A stretch of 64,000 nt of DNA from a virus, in IMG/VR virus record IMGVR_UViG_3300039451_000027, positions 1-64,000 of that record. One strand, 5' to 3'. Positions 43,001 to 51,289 of the stretch are shown piece after piece. The position numbers and the translations under genes were made by a program. The notes under the pieces were generated by a model that worked only from the letters and a program-made list of their open reading frames with translations, was not told the origin of the DNA and did no database searches. Numbering within the stretch: the first letter of the stretch is position 1; every line of letters begins with the position of its first letter.

Positions 43001-43756
43001 GGCTCGGTCAAGGCGATCGTGGAGAAGGCGATCTACAACTCGGAGGATAACTCGATTGACGTGGAGTGCTGGGTGCCGGTGGTGCTGGGGAGCGAGACCA
43101 TCTACCCGTTCGCGTGGCCGCAGGGAATCAGCGCGCAGCTCCTGTTCCCCGCGATCCTCGACATCAACGGCGGGAATGCCGGTAACCCCATCGGGCAGTA
43201 CGTCCCGACCGGTCAGGCCTTCACGATTGACCAAAACTCCGCCTTATCCGACAACACCGTACAACTGAGGCCGAAGGACTATGGCGACATCAAGCCGTCC
43301 GATTCCGGCGACGCGATTCCACCTGACCCGACGAGCGGGTTCGGGGAGGTCGATTACACGACCGGGCAGTTGCCCGACGCGATCTCGCTACCGGCGGACG
43401 TCCCCCTATCGACGGACCTGCCGACCTACGTGAACTGGGGAGGGAGGCGCGTGCGATCAGACCAGATCCTCCCGAAGACGGTGACCGGCACAACCGTGCT
43501 CTCAACTAGCGCTGATGCCCCCGGCTCGGGAGGGATGCTCGTAACTGTAATTGATCCGATCTTCGATCCGAGCCTCGGTCCTAACGAAGTCTCTCCGATC
43601 TACAATGTGATTCTCATGGACGGTACGCGACGCACTGCTCGGCAAAGGCAGATCAATACCAGGAGCAAGATTCCGAACGGCACTCAGGCTTTGATGATCT
43701 ACGATCAGCACGCTAACGAGTACCAGATTCAAGTTCCTGTTTGGGGGAGTAATTGA
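40097..43756 (+). CDS. large distal-tail/host-specificity protein (J-like, 1219 aa)
   Basis: Largest tail gene after the tape measure. The N-terminus recalls tail-tip hub proteins. Central coiled coil. Confidence 0.7.
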   Translation: MRSLTSAAIAEIAERTGTEPINIIQVSWTDGNTQSYADRSIAGIPGKVISISNLDEVIKLENRGSTASVSVVLDDSDSSIQALLGEFDVHRRPVTIFQYFAGMSLSDAFVLMVGWVSSPIVWNEGERTFSFDVLSKYLSQEVGFTPEQGQLPYVPADLVGKTWPLAFGSVVNVPATKYAETVVGFTGVEFGYPDPTLDLKISILQQRLARYAVTYSYYQTVMQIASQISRAPDLIKEDYINLILEEDELKQQREDYATQLTDLDRNLQQLKELVAEAETAQDQQDVLSTLQAQQGYRQQLVENLLPITQRLTDIAVEKQVLAIEADNREYAYKVIGEVRTKLFALISTYYTAVETLHSMQDALFLQQKLIRGTIDVGNGYLFPQGGTISVIVEGLIFRGTMTGRTFSIASHGARYTDVKLGPRQDSQDSTQLSRPDAFWIADPTINLKGLYLLLGNGYITKVTEQQGTECIIELVERQQPSGKEAGDKPQAPPADSDLNMFTWSQLAGAQEHTDGEREKIIEQAQGKDDQGDQIKEMRKNIQSLIDLLPEASTEADAKDVQDAIFNNMGYFNDVVSNLTLPPDIQAKADEKISQEEFALLLKLQNLKKTELAQAESAVEPILPFLKSKYFVTGLDVQSSGILEASPYVLPSWLSRVSTEQFYHLPATSPLIVRAGTPVTLADNYQNKYIANILPSTLVAVSAFRSIQGFRVLVPVPSSFYQWNGNLALGVVQDGIFYGLHVSQLQLIRPLSELAGEGWEDQPYVTLISSVGPNTADVIQFLLQTYSNVTCDSGSFAAVRGYLANYPSHFVLAKQSEVIQLCEDIAWQARCRIDIKGNVARLTYLPREPAAVATITEDSVLEGSLSVETTETENLVTEFRAKYTPDLAYPDRVYTVVLRHNFTRYGRIEKDYDFFIYNIESLIQKSATFWMIRLSNTFKRVKFKCPLTMLNVETGDTVLLSFSQAWVASGSVKAIVEKAIYNSEDNSIDVECWVPVVLGSETIYPFAWPQGISAQLLFPAILDINGGNAGNPIGQYVPTGQAFTIDQNSALSDNTVQLRPKDYGDIKPSDSGDAIPPDPTSGFGEVDYTTGQLPDAISLPADVPLSTDLPTYVNWGGRRVRSDQILPKTVTGTTVLSTSADAPGSGGMLVTVIDPIFDPSLGPNEVSPIYNVILMDGTRRTARQRQINTRSKIPNGTQALMIYDQHANEYQIQVPVWGSN

Positions 43757-45522
43757 TGAAGAGTAATGATCAGCTCGGTCTCGATGTGATTTATACGAGA
43801 TCCCTCGTGCAGAAAGTTCCGTTGACTGAGGATGTCATCAACAATCTTGATGAGACTGGTATCAAGGCTCCAAACATCTGGGTGTTCTGGGCGGACGGCG
43901 GATTGACCCTCCCTGATTTTGACAAAGTCTACTCGCAGCTCTACAACGATACGGACACCGACAGTTTCCCCCAGACGCCGTCTCCCGATATTTATTTCAG
44001 TGTTACTGAGCTATTGGGATCTGCTCAGTATGTGTCTAAGACTTGGCCTGATGGTCAAAATGTTTTGAATTGCGAGTACGGGAATACAAAGTTCAAGCAG
44101 TCACAGCCACTTTCAGCCAGTGTCCCAGATTGGCGACAGCAGCTCCCCGGACCCAAGAAGTATGGTCAATCGGGGACCGTCCTCCAATTGCCAAAAACAG
44201 TGAGGATCATCTGCGTCGATTTAGCAACCACTAATACGGAGTGCGCAGCGGGGACTCGCCAGTATTGGACCTATTACTACTTGGCTCCTGGGCAATCGCT
44301 GTATGACGCGAGCGGAAATATCATCGCCACCGCACCGACACTTGGACCGCCTCCGTACTCAGCGGGTGAAGTTATCCCATCTGGCATTTACGTATCCGTC
44401 GAATTGCCCATAAGTGGGGGCGCGTCGATCTCCGTATTTTACGTCAATATGCGAGAATCCAGTGGCGGTCACTTTTTAACAATTGAGACGACAATTTTGA
44501 CTTTCGAGTACAATTTGGGAGATCCTAGTCTAGGGTTATCCCCGCACAGTCATCCAGGTCCAACTCTCACTTTTCCAGTCGGCATTTTTGACAACAGTGT
44601 GGTCACGACTTTTCCGTCGCGGCAAACGTATGAGAACCATATCAAGAGGCACATCTCTTTTGATTATAGGTATCTCGTTTTGGCAAATGAGCTACAGGAA
44701 GAATTCCACGATCTCAATATACAATTTGTGTGCTTGACCCCCGACGGCATTGTAAAGTATATATATTATCCCTACCTCTCGAGCTTGAACACATTAAGCA
44801 GTTTTTACGGTTCACAAATCAAACAGTCGCGACCGCAATTTATCAATGATCCAAGGTATTGGAATTTTGGTCCCTCTGCTACACTGGGTCAGTACGCGTC
44901 ATTTTCTGCAACGGCCCCCGGTATTGCTGGACACTTTTTGAAGGCTCTGATGCCAGTGACAATTCCCGCGCAATATCACGATCCGCAGTATGGCGACCGG
45001 CGGCAAATTCAGGGCGTCCTTAATGGCGACGTTTTGAATTTGGTGTTCGTGAGACAAAGTGTGGCCGATTTGAGCTATACTCTTCCAGATAGTGGTATCG
45101 TTCCCAATACTGGTACTAGCCTCGGATTTAATATGTATCTGCCATACTGGGAACTCTACACAAAGAGTGGAACTACCTATAATTTGCAAGCCAGTTTGTC
45201 GGAGACCGTGTTCATGCAATCCGGAATGCGAATTTGGGATATTGAGGCAGCTCAAGTCAAGATTGCAACTGCTGGAATTACTTGCCAAACGGTGTTTTTT
45301 ACAGATCTGTCAATTGTTGATCAAGTAACTAATGGCCCAGTTCAAGATCCAGCTATCCCGCCTGTGAATACCCCCATAGGTTCTGTTACCGCACAAAAGT
45401 TAAGGCAGTGCGTTGAACAGACCGACCCAGAATTACGCTGGAATTACGGTGGCGAGGTCGATTCAGAGACTTTTAATATCGCGGATCTTGCGAGCACCAT
45501 AAGGAAGCACTTTCCACCATGA
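43753..45522 (+). CDS. putative receptor-binding/tail fibre protein (589 aa), low-GC
   Basis: Terminal position in the tail module. Two sampled 60-nt lines are 37-38% GC, versus clearly >60% in flanking genes. Confidence 0.65.
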   Translation: MMKSNDQLGLDVIYTRSLVQKVPLTEDVINNLDETGIKAPNIWVFWADGGLTLPDFDKVYSQLYNDTDTDSFPQTPSPDIYFSVTELLGSAQYVSKTWPDGQNVLNCEYGNTKFKQSQPLSASVPDWRQQLPGPKKYGQSGTVLQLPKTVRIICVDLATTNTECAAGTRQYWTYYYLAPGQSLYDASGNIIATAPTLGPPPYSAGEVIPSGIYVSVELPISGGASISVFYVNMRESSGGHFLTIETTILTFEYNLGDPSLGLSPHSHPGPTLTFPVGIFDNSVVTTFPSRQTYENHIKRHISFDYRYLVLANELQEEFHDLNIQFVCLTPDGIVKYIYYPYLSSLNTLSSFYGSQIKQSRPQFINDPRYWNFGPSATLGQYASFSATAPGIAGHFLKALMPVTIPAQYHDPQYGDRRQIQGVLNGDVLNLVFVRQSVADLSYTLPDSGIVPNTGTSLGFNMYLPYWELYTKSGTTYNLQASLSETVFMQSGMRIWDIEAAQVKIATAGITCQTVFFTDLSIVDQVTNGPVQDPAIPPVNTPIGSVTAQKLRQCVEQTDPELRWNYGGEVDSETFNIADLASTIRKHFPP

Positions 45523-45770
45523 TTACACTACCTACCGGAAGCGTGCTATTTAAGCCCGATGAGCAAGTTCCATTCGTGCTAGCAAATTATGTTCGTGACC
45601 AGGAGAATCCGCGACTATTCCGCCCGGCATTCTGCGAGTGCAGACACCGCTGCAAGGAGGTCAAGTCCTTGCCATGCGGTAAGATTATAGTGACCTGGAG
45701 TTGCAATCTGCTGCAGACGCTGGTGTCTGTACCATTCTGCAACGAGTGCCAAGTGGAGGACAAGAAGTGA
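45519..45770 (+). CDS. Cys-rich small protein (83 aa)
   Basis: Track ORF; still low-GC; CECRHRC..C..C..CNEC. Confidence 0.5.
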   Translation: MITLPTGSVLFKPDEQVPFVLANYVRDQENPRLFRPAFCECRHRCKEVKSLPCGKIIVTWSCNLLQTLVSVPFCNECQVEDKK

Positions 45771-46108
45771 TTACGTATGCAGCGTCTGTGGACACGTTCC
45801 ACGCTCGCCTGAGCAAATTGGGGTTTGACCCCATCAGCATCCTCACGATCATTCAAGCGGTCATTCAGACCCTGATGGGCGTGCTGCCAAACGTCTGCCC
45901 AAAGCCGCCCACGCCATCGAGCCTGAAGTCGATGGCGGGTGGTGGAGAGGGGTACATCCTACTTCGACTCTCACTGCGTAGTCACCTGATCAGCCAGGGC
46001 TACGCTCGCCAGCATGTGATGAGTGCTGTTGACGGTGTGATTGCTACGATCAACGAATCGTCCGAGGAAGAGATCGGCGCGTTCATCGCTCCGCATCTTG
46101 CAGGGTGA
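45767..46108 (+). CDS. hypothetical protein (113 aa)
   Basis: GTG 45767 after GGAGGA, overlapping the upstream stop. Track ORF 45701..46108, same frame. Confidence 0.5.
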   Translation: MITYAASVDTFHARLSKLGFDPISILTIIQAVIQTLMGVLPNVCPKPPTPSSLKSMAGGGEGYILLRLSLRSHLISQGYARQHVMSAVDGVIATINESSEEEIGAFIAPHLAG

Positions 46109-46119
46109 AAGGAACTGTG

Positions 46120-46545
46120 ATGAAGATTCTGCTCTCGATTCTGCTCCTGCTCGTCACCGCCCTTCCGTCATTTGCCCAGTGCGCCTGCGCTGCAGTCCAG
46201 GGCGCCTGCACCTGCCAGAACTGTCAGTGCGGACAGCAAGCTCAGTCAACGCCTTCGGCGCGGATCTTGAGCTACTCGGTCCCGACGATCAGCTACTCTG
46301 TCCCGGTGGTTAGCTACTACCAGGCTCCAACGGTCAGCTACTACCAGGCTCCGACGATCAGCTACTCTGTCCCGGTGGTCAGCTACTACCAGGCTCCGAC
46401 GGTCAGCTACTACCAGGCTCCGAGAATCATCCCCTCGGTGAATTACTCGATCGGCAACTACACTTACCAACCGGCCGTCTTGCCGAGGAACCGGGGGTAC
46501 GTGCCCACTAACGTCGTCGCACCAGCCGCAGCTTGCGGAAGCTGA
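46120..46545 (+). CDS. secreted Cys-rich protein with SY-rich octapeptide repeats
   Basis: Signal peptide MKILLSILLLLVTALPSFA; QCACAAVQGACTCQNCQC; seven SYSVP(T/V)(I/V) / SYYQAPT(V/I) units (DNA 46270-46425). Confidence 0.6.
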   Translation: MKILLSILLLLVTALPSFAQCACAAVQGACTCQNCQCGQQAQSTPSARILSYSVPTISYSVPVVSYYQAPTVSYYQAPTISYSVPVVSYYQAPTVSYYQAPRIIPSVNYSIGNYTYQPAVLPRNRGYVPTNVVAPAAACGS

Positions 46546-46581
46546 CGGTAGGAAATATATCCCTCAGTTCGAGGAGATTCG

Positions 46582-46782
46582 ATGATCGACTGGAACCGAC
46601 TGATGGTCCTCGCGGGGGCCATCTTCCTAACCCTCAATGCGAAGTACCAGTGGTTCGCGCCGACCCAGGCAAGCGAGCTCGCAAGGAACGCGATCGAGTT
46701 TGCGCAGCTCGCGGTCGGTGCGTACCTCTTCTTCGCCGTCAAGCCGCCGCCAAAGATTGAGATCGGCGACGGCAAAGATTAA
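46582..46782 (+). CDS. holin-like two-TM protein (66 aa)
   Basis: GAGGAG SD; TM1 LMVLAGAIFLTLNA, TM2 FAQLAVGAYLFFAV; charged C-terminus. Confidence 0.45.
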   Translation: MIDWNRLMVLAGAIFLTLNAKYQWFAPTQASELARNAIEFAQLAVGAYLFFAVKPPPKIEIGDGKD

Positions 46783-46792
46783 GGAGACAACC

Positions 46793-48796
46793 GTGATTCG
46801 TAAATTTCTGTCCGTCCTGACGATAGTGGCCATCGCCTCCAGCTTCGTCCTCGCCGATCCAGCGAGCCCGACCAAGCGAGGAAAGGGCTACAAGCAGCCG
46901 TCCGCCGAGGTCCGGGCCAAGCTGCACGCTGAGGCGTTCAAGCGGCACGGCTTCAGGATGCACTACTTCGTCAAGAATGCGACGCCGCCAGCGAAATTCG
47001 ACTGTCGCGACATGGGCTGGGTGCCGCCAGTCGACGACCAGGGGCAGTGCGGCGACTGCTTCGGCGTCTCGACCTCCGACCTGTGCACGATGGCGTTCAT
47101 CAAGGCTGGCTACCAGAAGGCCGACGGGAGCTTCCACATATCCACGCAGTACGGCCTCGACTGCGGGGCTTACGATGGCGGGTGCAACGGCGGAAACGGC
47201 GAGCAGGTCGCAGACTGGATGAAGAAGACCGGCTTTCCTGCGGACAGGTACGTGGACGACAGCGGAAAGTCCGCGAGCGACTACCCGGCCTACACCGCGA
47301 GCGCCGGTCAGTGCCGCCTCCCCTCCGGGGCCAAGATGTGGAAGATCGCGGACTGGGGCTATGCTACCAGCGACCAAAGCGACCGCGCAGCGACCCCGGC
47401 CGAGATCAAGGCCGCCATGATGCAATACGGACCGCTGAGCATCGCGCTCGACGCGAGCGACGGATGCTTCGATGGTTCTGGCGACGTCTGCGAGGACATC
47501 GGCACCAACGTCGACCACGAGATTACGATGGTCGCCTGGGACGACAGCAAGGGCAAAGCTGGGGCCTTCTTAGTGCGCAATCAATGGAGCAAGGACTGGG
47601 GCGACCAGGGCTACAGGTGGATTGGCTACGGGACCTTCAAGAACGTGGTGAGCGTCTTCTGGATGACCGTTACTCCACAGCCCGCGCCCCCGCCTCCTCC
47701 TGGACCTACTCCAGGGACCGCGACCCTCACGAGCGTGACCGCGACATTCAGTGACGGCTCGACGCAGACGCTCGGAGGCACTGGACTGACCGCGGACCAG
47801 CTCAAGGCAATGACGATTCCGCAGCTGATGGACTTCATCAACGCCGGAAAGTCGAAGCCGCCGTGCCCCAAGCCGATGCCACCAGCTGAAGGTGGCATGT
47901 CCTACCTTGACCGAAAGATCGCGGAAGCCTACGCAGCGGAAACTGCGGAGGGCAAGGCTGAGAAGGCGATGGCAATCTCTCGGCAGTGCTGGGGGGCGGC
48001 CGCGAGGATCCTCCAGGACGATTGGACGAAGTCAATCGGCGAGTTCAGGAAGTTGGTCGACGGCTACTACGATCCTCTCCCCAAGCTGAAGGTCGCGATC
48101 GTATCCTACCTCGATGCCCTGATCGAGTCGGACCGCGAGTGGACCTCTGCCAGGCGATCCCTGGCGAGCACGGCGATGCAGTCGGTAGCTTCCGGAATCG
48201 ACAAGGCGGTAAAAGCGCCAGCCGTCGGAGAGCGAAAGAGTTGGAGTCAATTGATGCTTCCCAAAGGCGCCGAGAAGTACCAGTCCGCAGAGTTCACTCA
48301 GGCGGTCTCCCACGACCGGTCCAACGCCCCCGCGATTCGGAGGGTCCCGATCAAGGAGGTCGACAGAAAGTGGCAACAGTCCGGGGGCATGGACGGGGTC
48401 GCCGGCGTGACGAGCGATAAGTACAGGTCGCTCCCGCGAGCTCCCGAGGAGTTCGTGGGCAAGGTCGCGGTCACCTTCAAGCACGAGGGGAGGGAATACG
48501 AGCAGGAGGAGCTCGCGCTAAGGAGGCGATACGCCGACGGCAGCAGGTTCGACGACGTTCTCTCGTACAACGGCGTGGTCTTCGAGCACAGGAAGCGAGA
48601 GAAGGTGGGCGGGAAGTGGACCTCCGGAATAGTGTACTCAGACGCCGGAGCGAGGCCACCTGGCTACGAAGGGTTGACGACAACCTGCGCCGAGTGCCAC
48701 GAGAAGGCGGGTACCGGAATTTACGCAATGGGGCTCGCGCCGGGCGGCGATGGGGTCCTTAGCGATCCTCTTCCCTGGCGACTCTGGAAGAAGTGA
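46793..48796 (+). CDS. secreted papain-family (C1) cysteine peptidase fused to ~330-aa C-terminal region ending in CxxCH
   Basis: GTG after AAGGAG; signal peptide. DDQGQCGDCFG (Gln/Cys), VDHEITMVAWD (His), VRNQWSKDWGDQGY (Asn/Trp). Pro-rich linker; ..TTCAECHEKAG.. near the end. Confidence 0.8.
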   Translation: MIRKFLSVLTIVAIASSFVLADPASPTKRGKGYKQPSAEVRAKLHAEAFKRHGFRMHYFVKNATPPAKFDCRDMGWVPPVDDQGQCGDCFGVSTSDLCTMAFIKAGYQKADGSFHISTQYGLDCGAYDGGCNGGNGEQVADWMKKTGFPADRYVDDSGKSASDYPAYTASAGQCRLPSGAKMWKIADWGYATSDQSDRAATPAEIKAAMMQYGPLSIALDASDGCFDGSGDVCEDIGTNVDHEITMVAWDDSKGKAGAFLVRNQWSKDWGDQGYRWIGYGTFKNVVSVFWMTVTPQPAPPPPPGPTPGTATLTSVTATFSDGSTQTLGGTGLTADQLKAMTIPQLMDFINAGKSKPPCPKPMPPAEGGMSYLDRKIAEAYAAETAEGKAEKAMAISRQCWGAAARILQDDWTKSIGEFRKLVDGYYDPLPKLKVAIVSYLDALIESDREWTSARRSLASTAMQSVASGIDKAVKAPAVGERKSWSQLMLPKGAEKYQSAEFTQAVSHDRSNAPAIRRVPIKEVDRKWQQSGGMDGVAGVTSDKYRSLPRAPEEFVGKVAVTFKHEGREYEQEELALRRRYADGSRFDDVLSYNGVVFEHRKREKVGGKWTSGIVYSDAGARPPGYEGLTTTCAECHEKAGTGIYAMGLAPGGDGVLSDPLPWRLWKK

Positions 48797-49356
48797 TGGA
48801 AGTCAAATGCTTCATGATTGAGCCGATGGCGACCGGACCGCAGTGGCTCCGCCGATACGCGAGCGGTGACTGCGGAGGTCGCCGATACCACAACGCGATG
48901 ATCCGCATCGGGGATTGCAAAATCCTTACTGGCGCCGACGGCTGCATTTCCCCCGAACGTCCCGAGTACCCGAGGGACGACCCGAGGTGGCCCAGGAGTT
49001 GCGAGGCTTGCGGTCGGCCGTTCGAGGACCGGGACGAGTGGCAGCTGTTCTACGAGCAGTGGTACAGGATGCCGGATGGCTCGTCCGTTTGCATCAGGTG
49101 GGACTTGCCAGGCGTCCCGCACGCGCCTCCCGGAGCGATGTGGTACAGCGACTGGTACTGGAGGAAGGGTCCCGACGGTCGGTGCCTGAGCGTTATCTTA
49201 CCGGACGGTGTGACGTGGATGATAGACGGACCAAGCAACAGCGGAGGCGACGGATGGACCAGGGAGGGCGCGCCGCCCCTCGTTACCGCAAATCCCTCGA
49301 TTTTGACCGCCGGCTATCACGGCTGGCTGAGGAGCGGCGTCTTGATAGAATGCTGA
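48793..49356 (+). CDS. hypothetical protein, DUF6527-like C-terminus (from memory)
   Basis: Track ORF; ..ANPSILTAGYHGWLRSGVLIEC. Confidence 0.55.
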   Translation: MMEVKCFMIEPMATGPQWLRRYASGDCGGRRYHNAMIRIGDCKILTGADGCISPERPEYPRDDPRWPRSCEACGRPFEDRDEWQLFYEQWYRMPDGSSVCIRWDLPGVPHAPPGAMWYSDWYWRKGPDGRCLSVILPDGVTWMIDGPSNSGGDGWTREGAPPLVTANPSILTAGYHGWLRSGVLIEC

Positions 49357-49370
49357 GGAGGTCTCGGATA

Positions 49371-49484
49371 ATGGCGGACCTCCTCGCCATCCCGATCGTC
49401 ATCCTGTGCGCCTTCCTCAATCCGTGGTCCTTTGCCGTATTCCTAATCGCGATGCTCGCCTCAATCAAGTTCAGGTGGAGGTGA
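49371..49484 (+). CDS. possible single-pass membrane peptide (37 aa)
   Basis: GAGGAGG 9 nt upstream; MADLLAIPIVILCAFLNPWSFAVFLIAMLASIKFRWR. Confidence 0.4.
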   Translation: MADLLAIPIVILCAFLNPWSFAVFLIAMLASIKFRWR

Positions 49485-49487
49485 TCG

Positions 49488-50174
49488 ATGTTCGATGTGA
49501 GTATCGCCGAGAGGATGGCGAGGGCCTGTGATCTTGCCTACTGGGCGGATTCTGAGAAGGTGGTCAAGGACCTCAGCGTCGAGCAAGCTCGCGTAATCAG
49601 CATGGCTGGCCACGGCGCGCTGGTCGCCGAGTCAGAGGCTGAGACGATCGTGGCCTTTCGGGGGAGCGCCTCGATCCGGGACTGGATCGACGACGGCCAG
49701 TTCTACCTGGCGTCTATTCCGCCCTACTTCGGCAGGGTCCACGTGGGCTTCTCCCGAGTCCTGATCAGCCTGTATGCCGAGCTCTCGCCGTACCTCCAGC
49801 GGGGCAACGTCGCGATCACTGGACACAGCCTCGGCGCGGCGGTAGCCGTGCTCGCCTCCTGCTCCGTCCCGGTGCTGTCGAAGCCGCTCTACCTGTTCGG
49901 GTGCCCGAAGGTCGGGGATCGGCAGTTCGCGGACTCGTACCAGCACAGGGTATACCGCGTCATCAACGACCTCGACCCGGTGTGCCACGCCCCGTTCGAC
50001 TGGCTCTATCGGCACGTGGGCGAGGAGGTGTGGTTGCCGGAGCTCGGTCCGCGGAGCCTGTGGGGCAGGCTCAAGCGAGTGTGCTCCCAACTGCTGCGCG
50101 GACTGCCGAGGACGGTGATGACGGCGGTCGAGCACCACCTCATATCCAAGTACGTCGATGCCCTGTCAAGTTGA
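49488..50174 (+). CDS. class-3 lipase / alpha-beta hydrolase
   Basis: VAFRGSASIRDWIDD, VHVGF, ITGHSLGAAVA (nucleophile elbow), NDLDPVCHAP. Confidence 0.75.
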   Translation: MFDVSIAERMARACDLAYWADSEKVVKDLSVEQARVISMAGHGALVAESEAETIVAFRGSASIRDWIDDGQFYLASIPPYFGRVHVGFSRVLISLYAELSPYLQRGNVAITGHSLGAAVAVLASCSVPVLSKPLYLFGCPKVGDRQFADSYQHRVYRVINDLDPVCHAPFDWLYRHVGEEVWLPELGPRSLWGRLKRVCSQLLRGLPRTVMTAVEHHLISKYVDALSS

Positions 50175-50598
50175 TCAGGGCCAGGAAGTCGTAGATGGGG
50201 AATTCGACCGGAAAGGTGATTGGGAGGCCGTGGAGCGGATCGATCAGCTCACCGCTCTGCGGCCTCCAGGCAATTGCGTGCATGCCCATCGGCTTCTCCA
50301 CAGTGATGATCACCGGCCAGCCGTACCCGTCGAGCAGGAAGACCCACTCCTCGATCGTTGGGTACCGCGACCTCTCGAGGAGGGCGTGGAAGTGGGTGGT
50401 CGTCCAGCCGTGGTACAGGAGTGCCTTCGTGAGCTCGCACGGCTCGAATGCCTCCCTGCACCACGGGTCGGGCTTCTCGGGCGCGACGACCCTGGAGCCG
50501 TCGTGCCCGATCCGCTTCACGATGTCGTCGAATGGTATCCCAGTCAAGATGCTCGCCGCGGTGGGCAGGCAGCTCCAGGCGTTTGGCTGCTTGATCAT
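50140..50598 (-). CDS. papain-fold cysteine peptidase-like protein (C39-like)
   Basis: Start taken at MIKQ. QPNAWSC..MHAIAW..LIDP pattern. The 3' end overlaps the convergent lipase gene by 35 nt. Confidence 0.5.
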   Translation of the reverse strand: MIKQPNAWSCLPTAASILTGIPFDDIVKRIGHDGSRVVAPEKPDPWCREAFEPCELTKALLYHGWTTTHFHALLERSRYPTIEEWVFLLDGYGWPVIITVEKPMGMHAIAWRPQSGELIDPLHGLPITFPVEFPIYDFLALINLTGHRRTWI

Positions 50599-50599
50599 C

Positions 50600-51274
50600 T
50601 CAATGATGCCCTCGGGGCGGTGGTGGCTCGCCGTTGATCGCGTTGACGACATTCACCTCCACCCCATCGTATCTCGGGCGATTGCTGAATGCGACCTGAT
50701 TGCTCGAGCCGCTCCCGACTCCGAGGTTCACGACCTCGTCGTCTCGGAAACTGCTAAATGCCGGTGTGGATCGCGTAAAGGTCGTCCGTCCACCATCACC
50801 GGAGCGCTGCACGTCGACCACAGCATCGCCGATCGAGGTCTGGTAGAAGGCGCCCATGAAGGCGCAGTCGTCGATTGAGACGTGGGTTCCGGAACCAGGC
50901 CTCCTGAAACCGAGGTCCGTGAGGTCGCAGTACTTCGAGATCGCGACGTCCCTGAGCGTCACCCGATCGTATCCTTGCCCGGTGAGGACAGAGAGGTACT
51001 TGAGGTTGACGTCGTGGATGTAGATGGAGTTGTCGCCGTCAGCCGTCTCCACGGTCACGCTGTCGATTCCGACGAAGGCGTGGTCCCCGCGATCGTCGGT
51101 GACGACCACCTCGCCGGCGTGCGAGCCTCCGCGGATTTCTACGTCGATTGAGATGATGCCTGCCCGCTTGAAGCACTGTACGTCCAGGTGCCCTCGACCC
51201 TCGTCGGTGATCGTGACGAGCGGAATTGCAGACGGGCAGTCTCGCCTCTCGAGCTCTTCTACTTGTAGAATCAT
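50600..51274 (-). CDS. hypothetical beta-rich protein with N-terminal LE-x-R-x-x-PS motif
   Basis: Track ORF; MILQVEELERRDCPSAIP..; Asp/Gly/Val-rich. Confidence 0.6.
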   Translation of the reverse strand: MILQVEELERRDCPSAIPLVTITDEGRGHLDVQCFKRAGIISIDVEIRGGSHAGEVVVTDDRGDHAFVGIDSVTVETADGDNSIYIHDVNLKYLSVLTGQGYDRVTLRDVAISKYCDLTDLGFRRPGSGTHVSIDDCAFMGAFYQTSIGDAVVDVQRSGDGGRTTFTRSTPAFSSFRDDEVVNLGVGSGSSNQVAFSNRPRYDGVEVNVVNAINGEPPPPRGHH

Positions 51275-51289
51275 GTCACTCTCCTGCGG

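Noticed and set aside
50140-50174. 35-nt overlap of the convergent 3' ends of the lipase gene (+) and the C39-like gene (-).
   Set aside because: Noted as a possible antisense interaction, but short convergent overlaps are common in compact phage genomes. No structure or motif is evident there.
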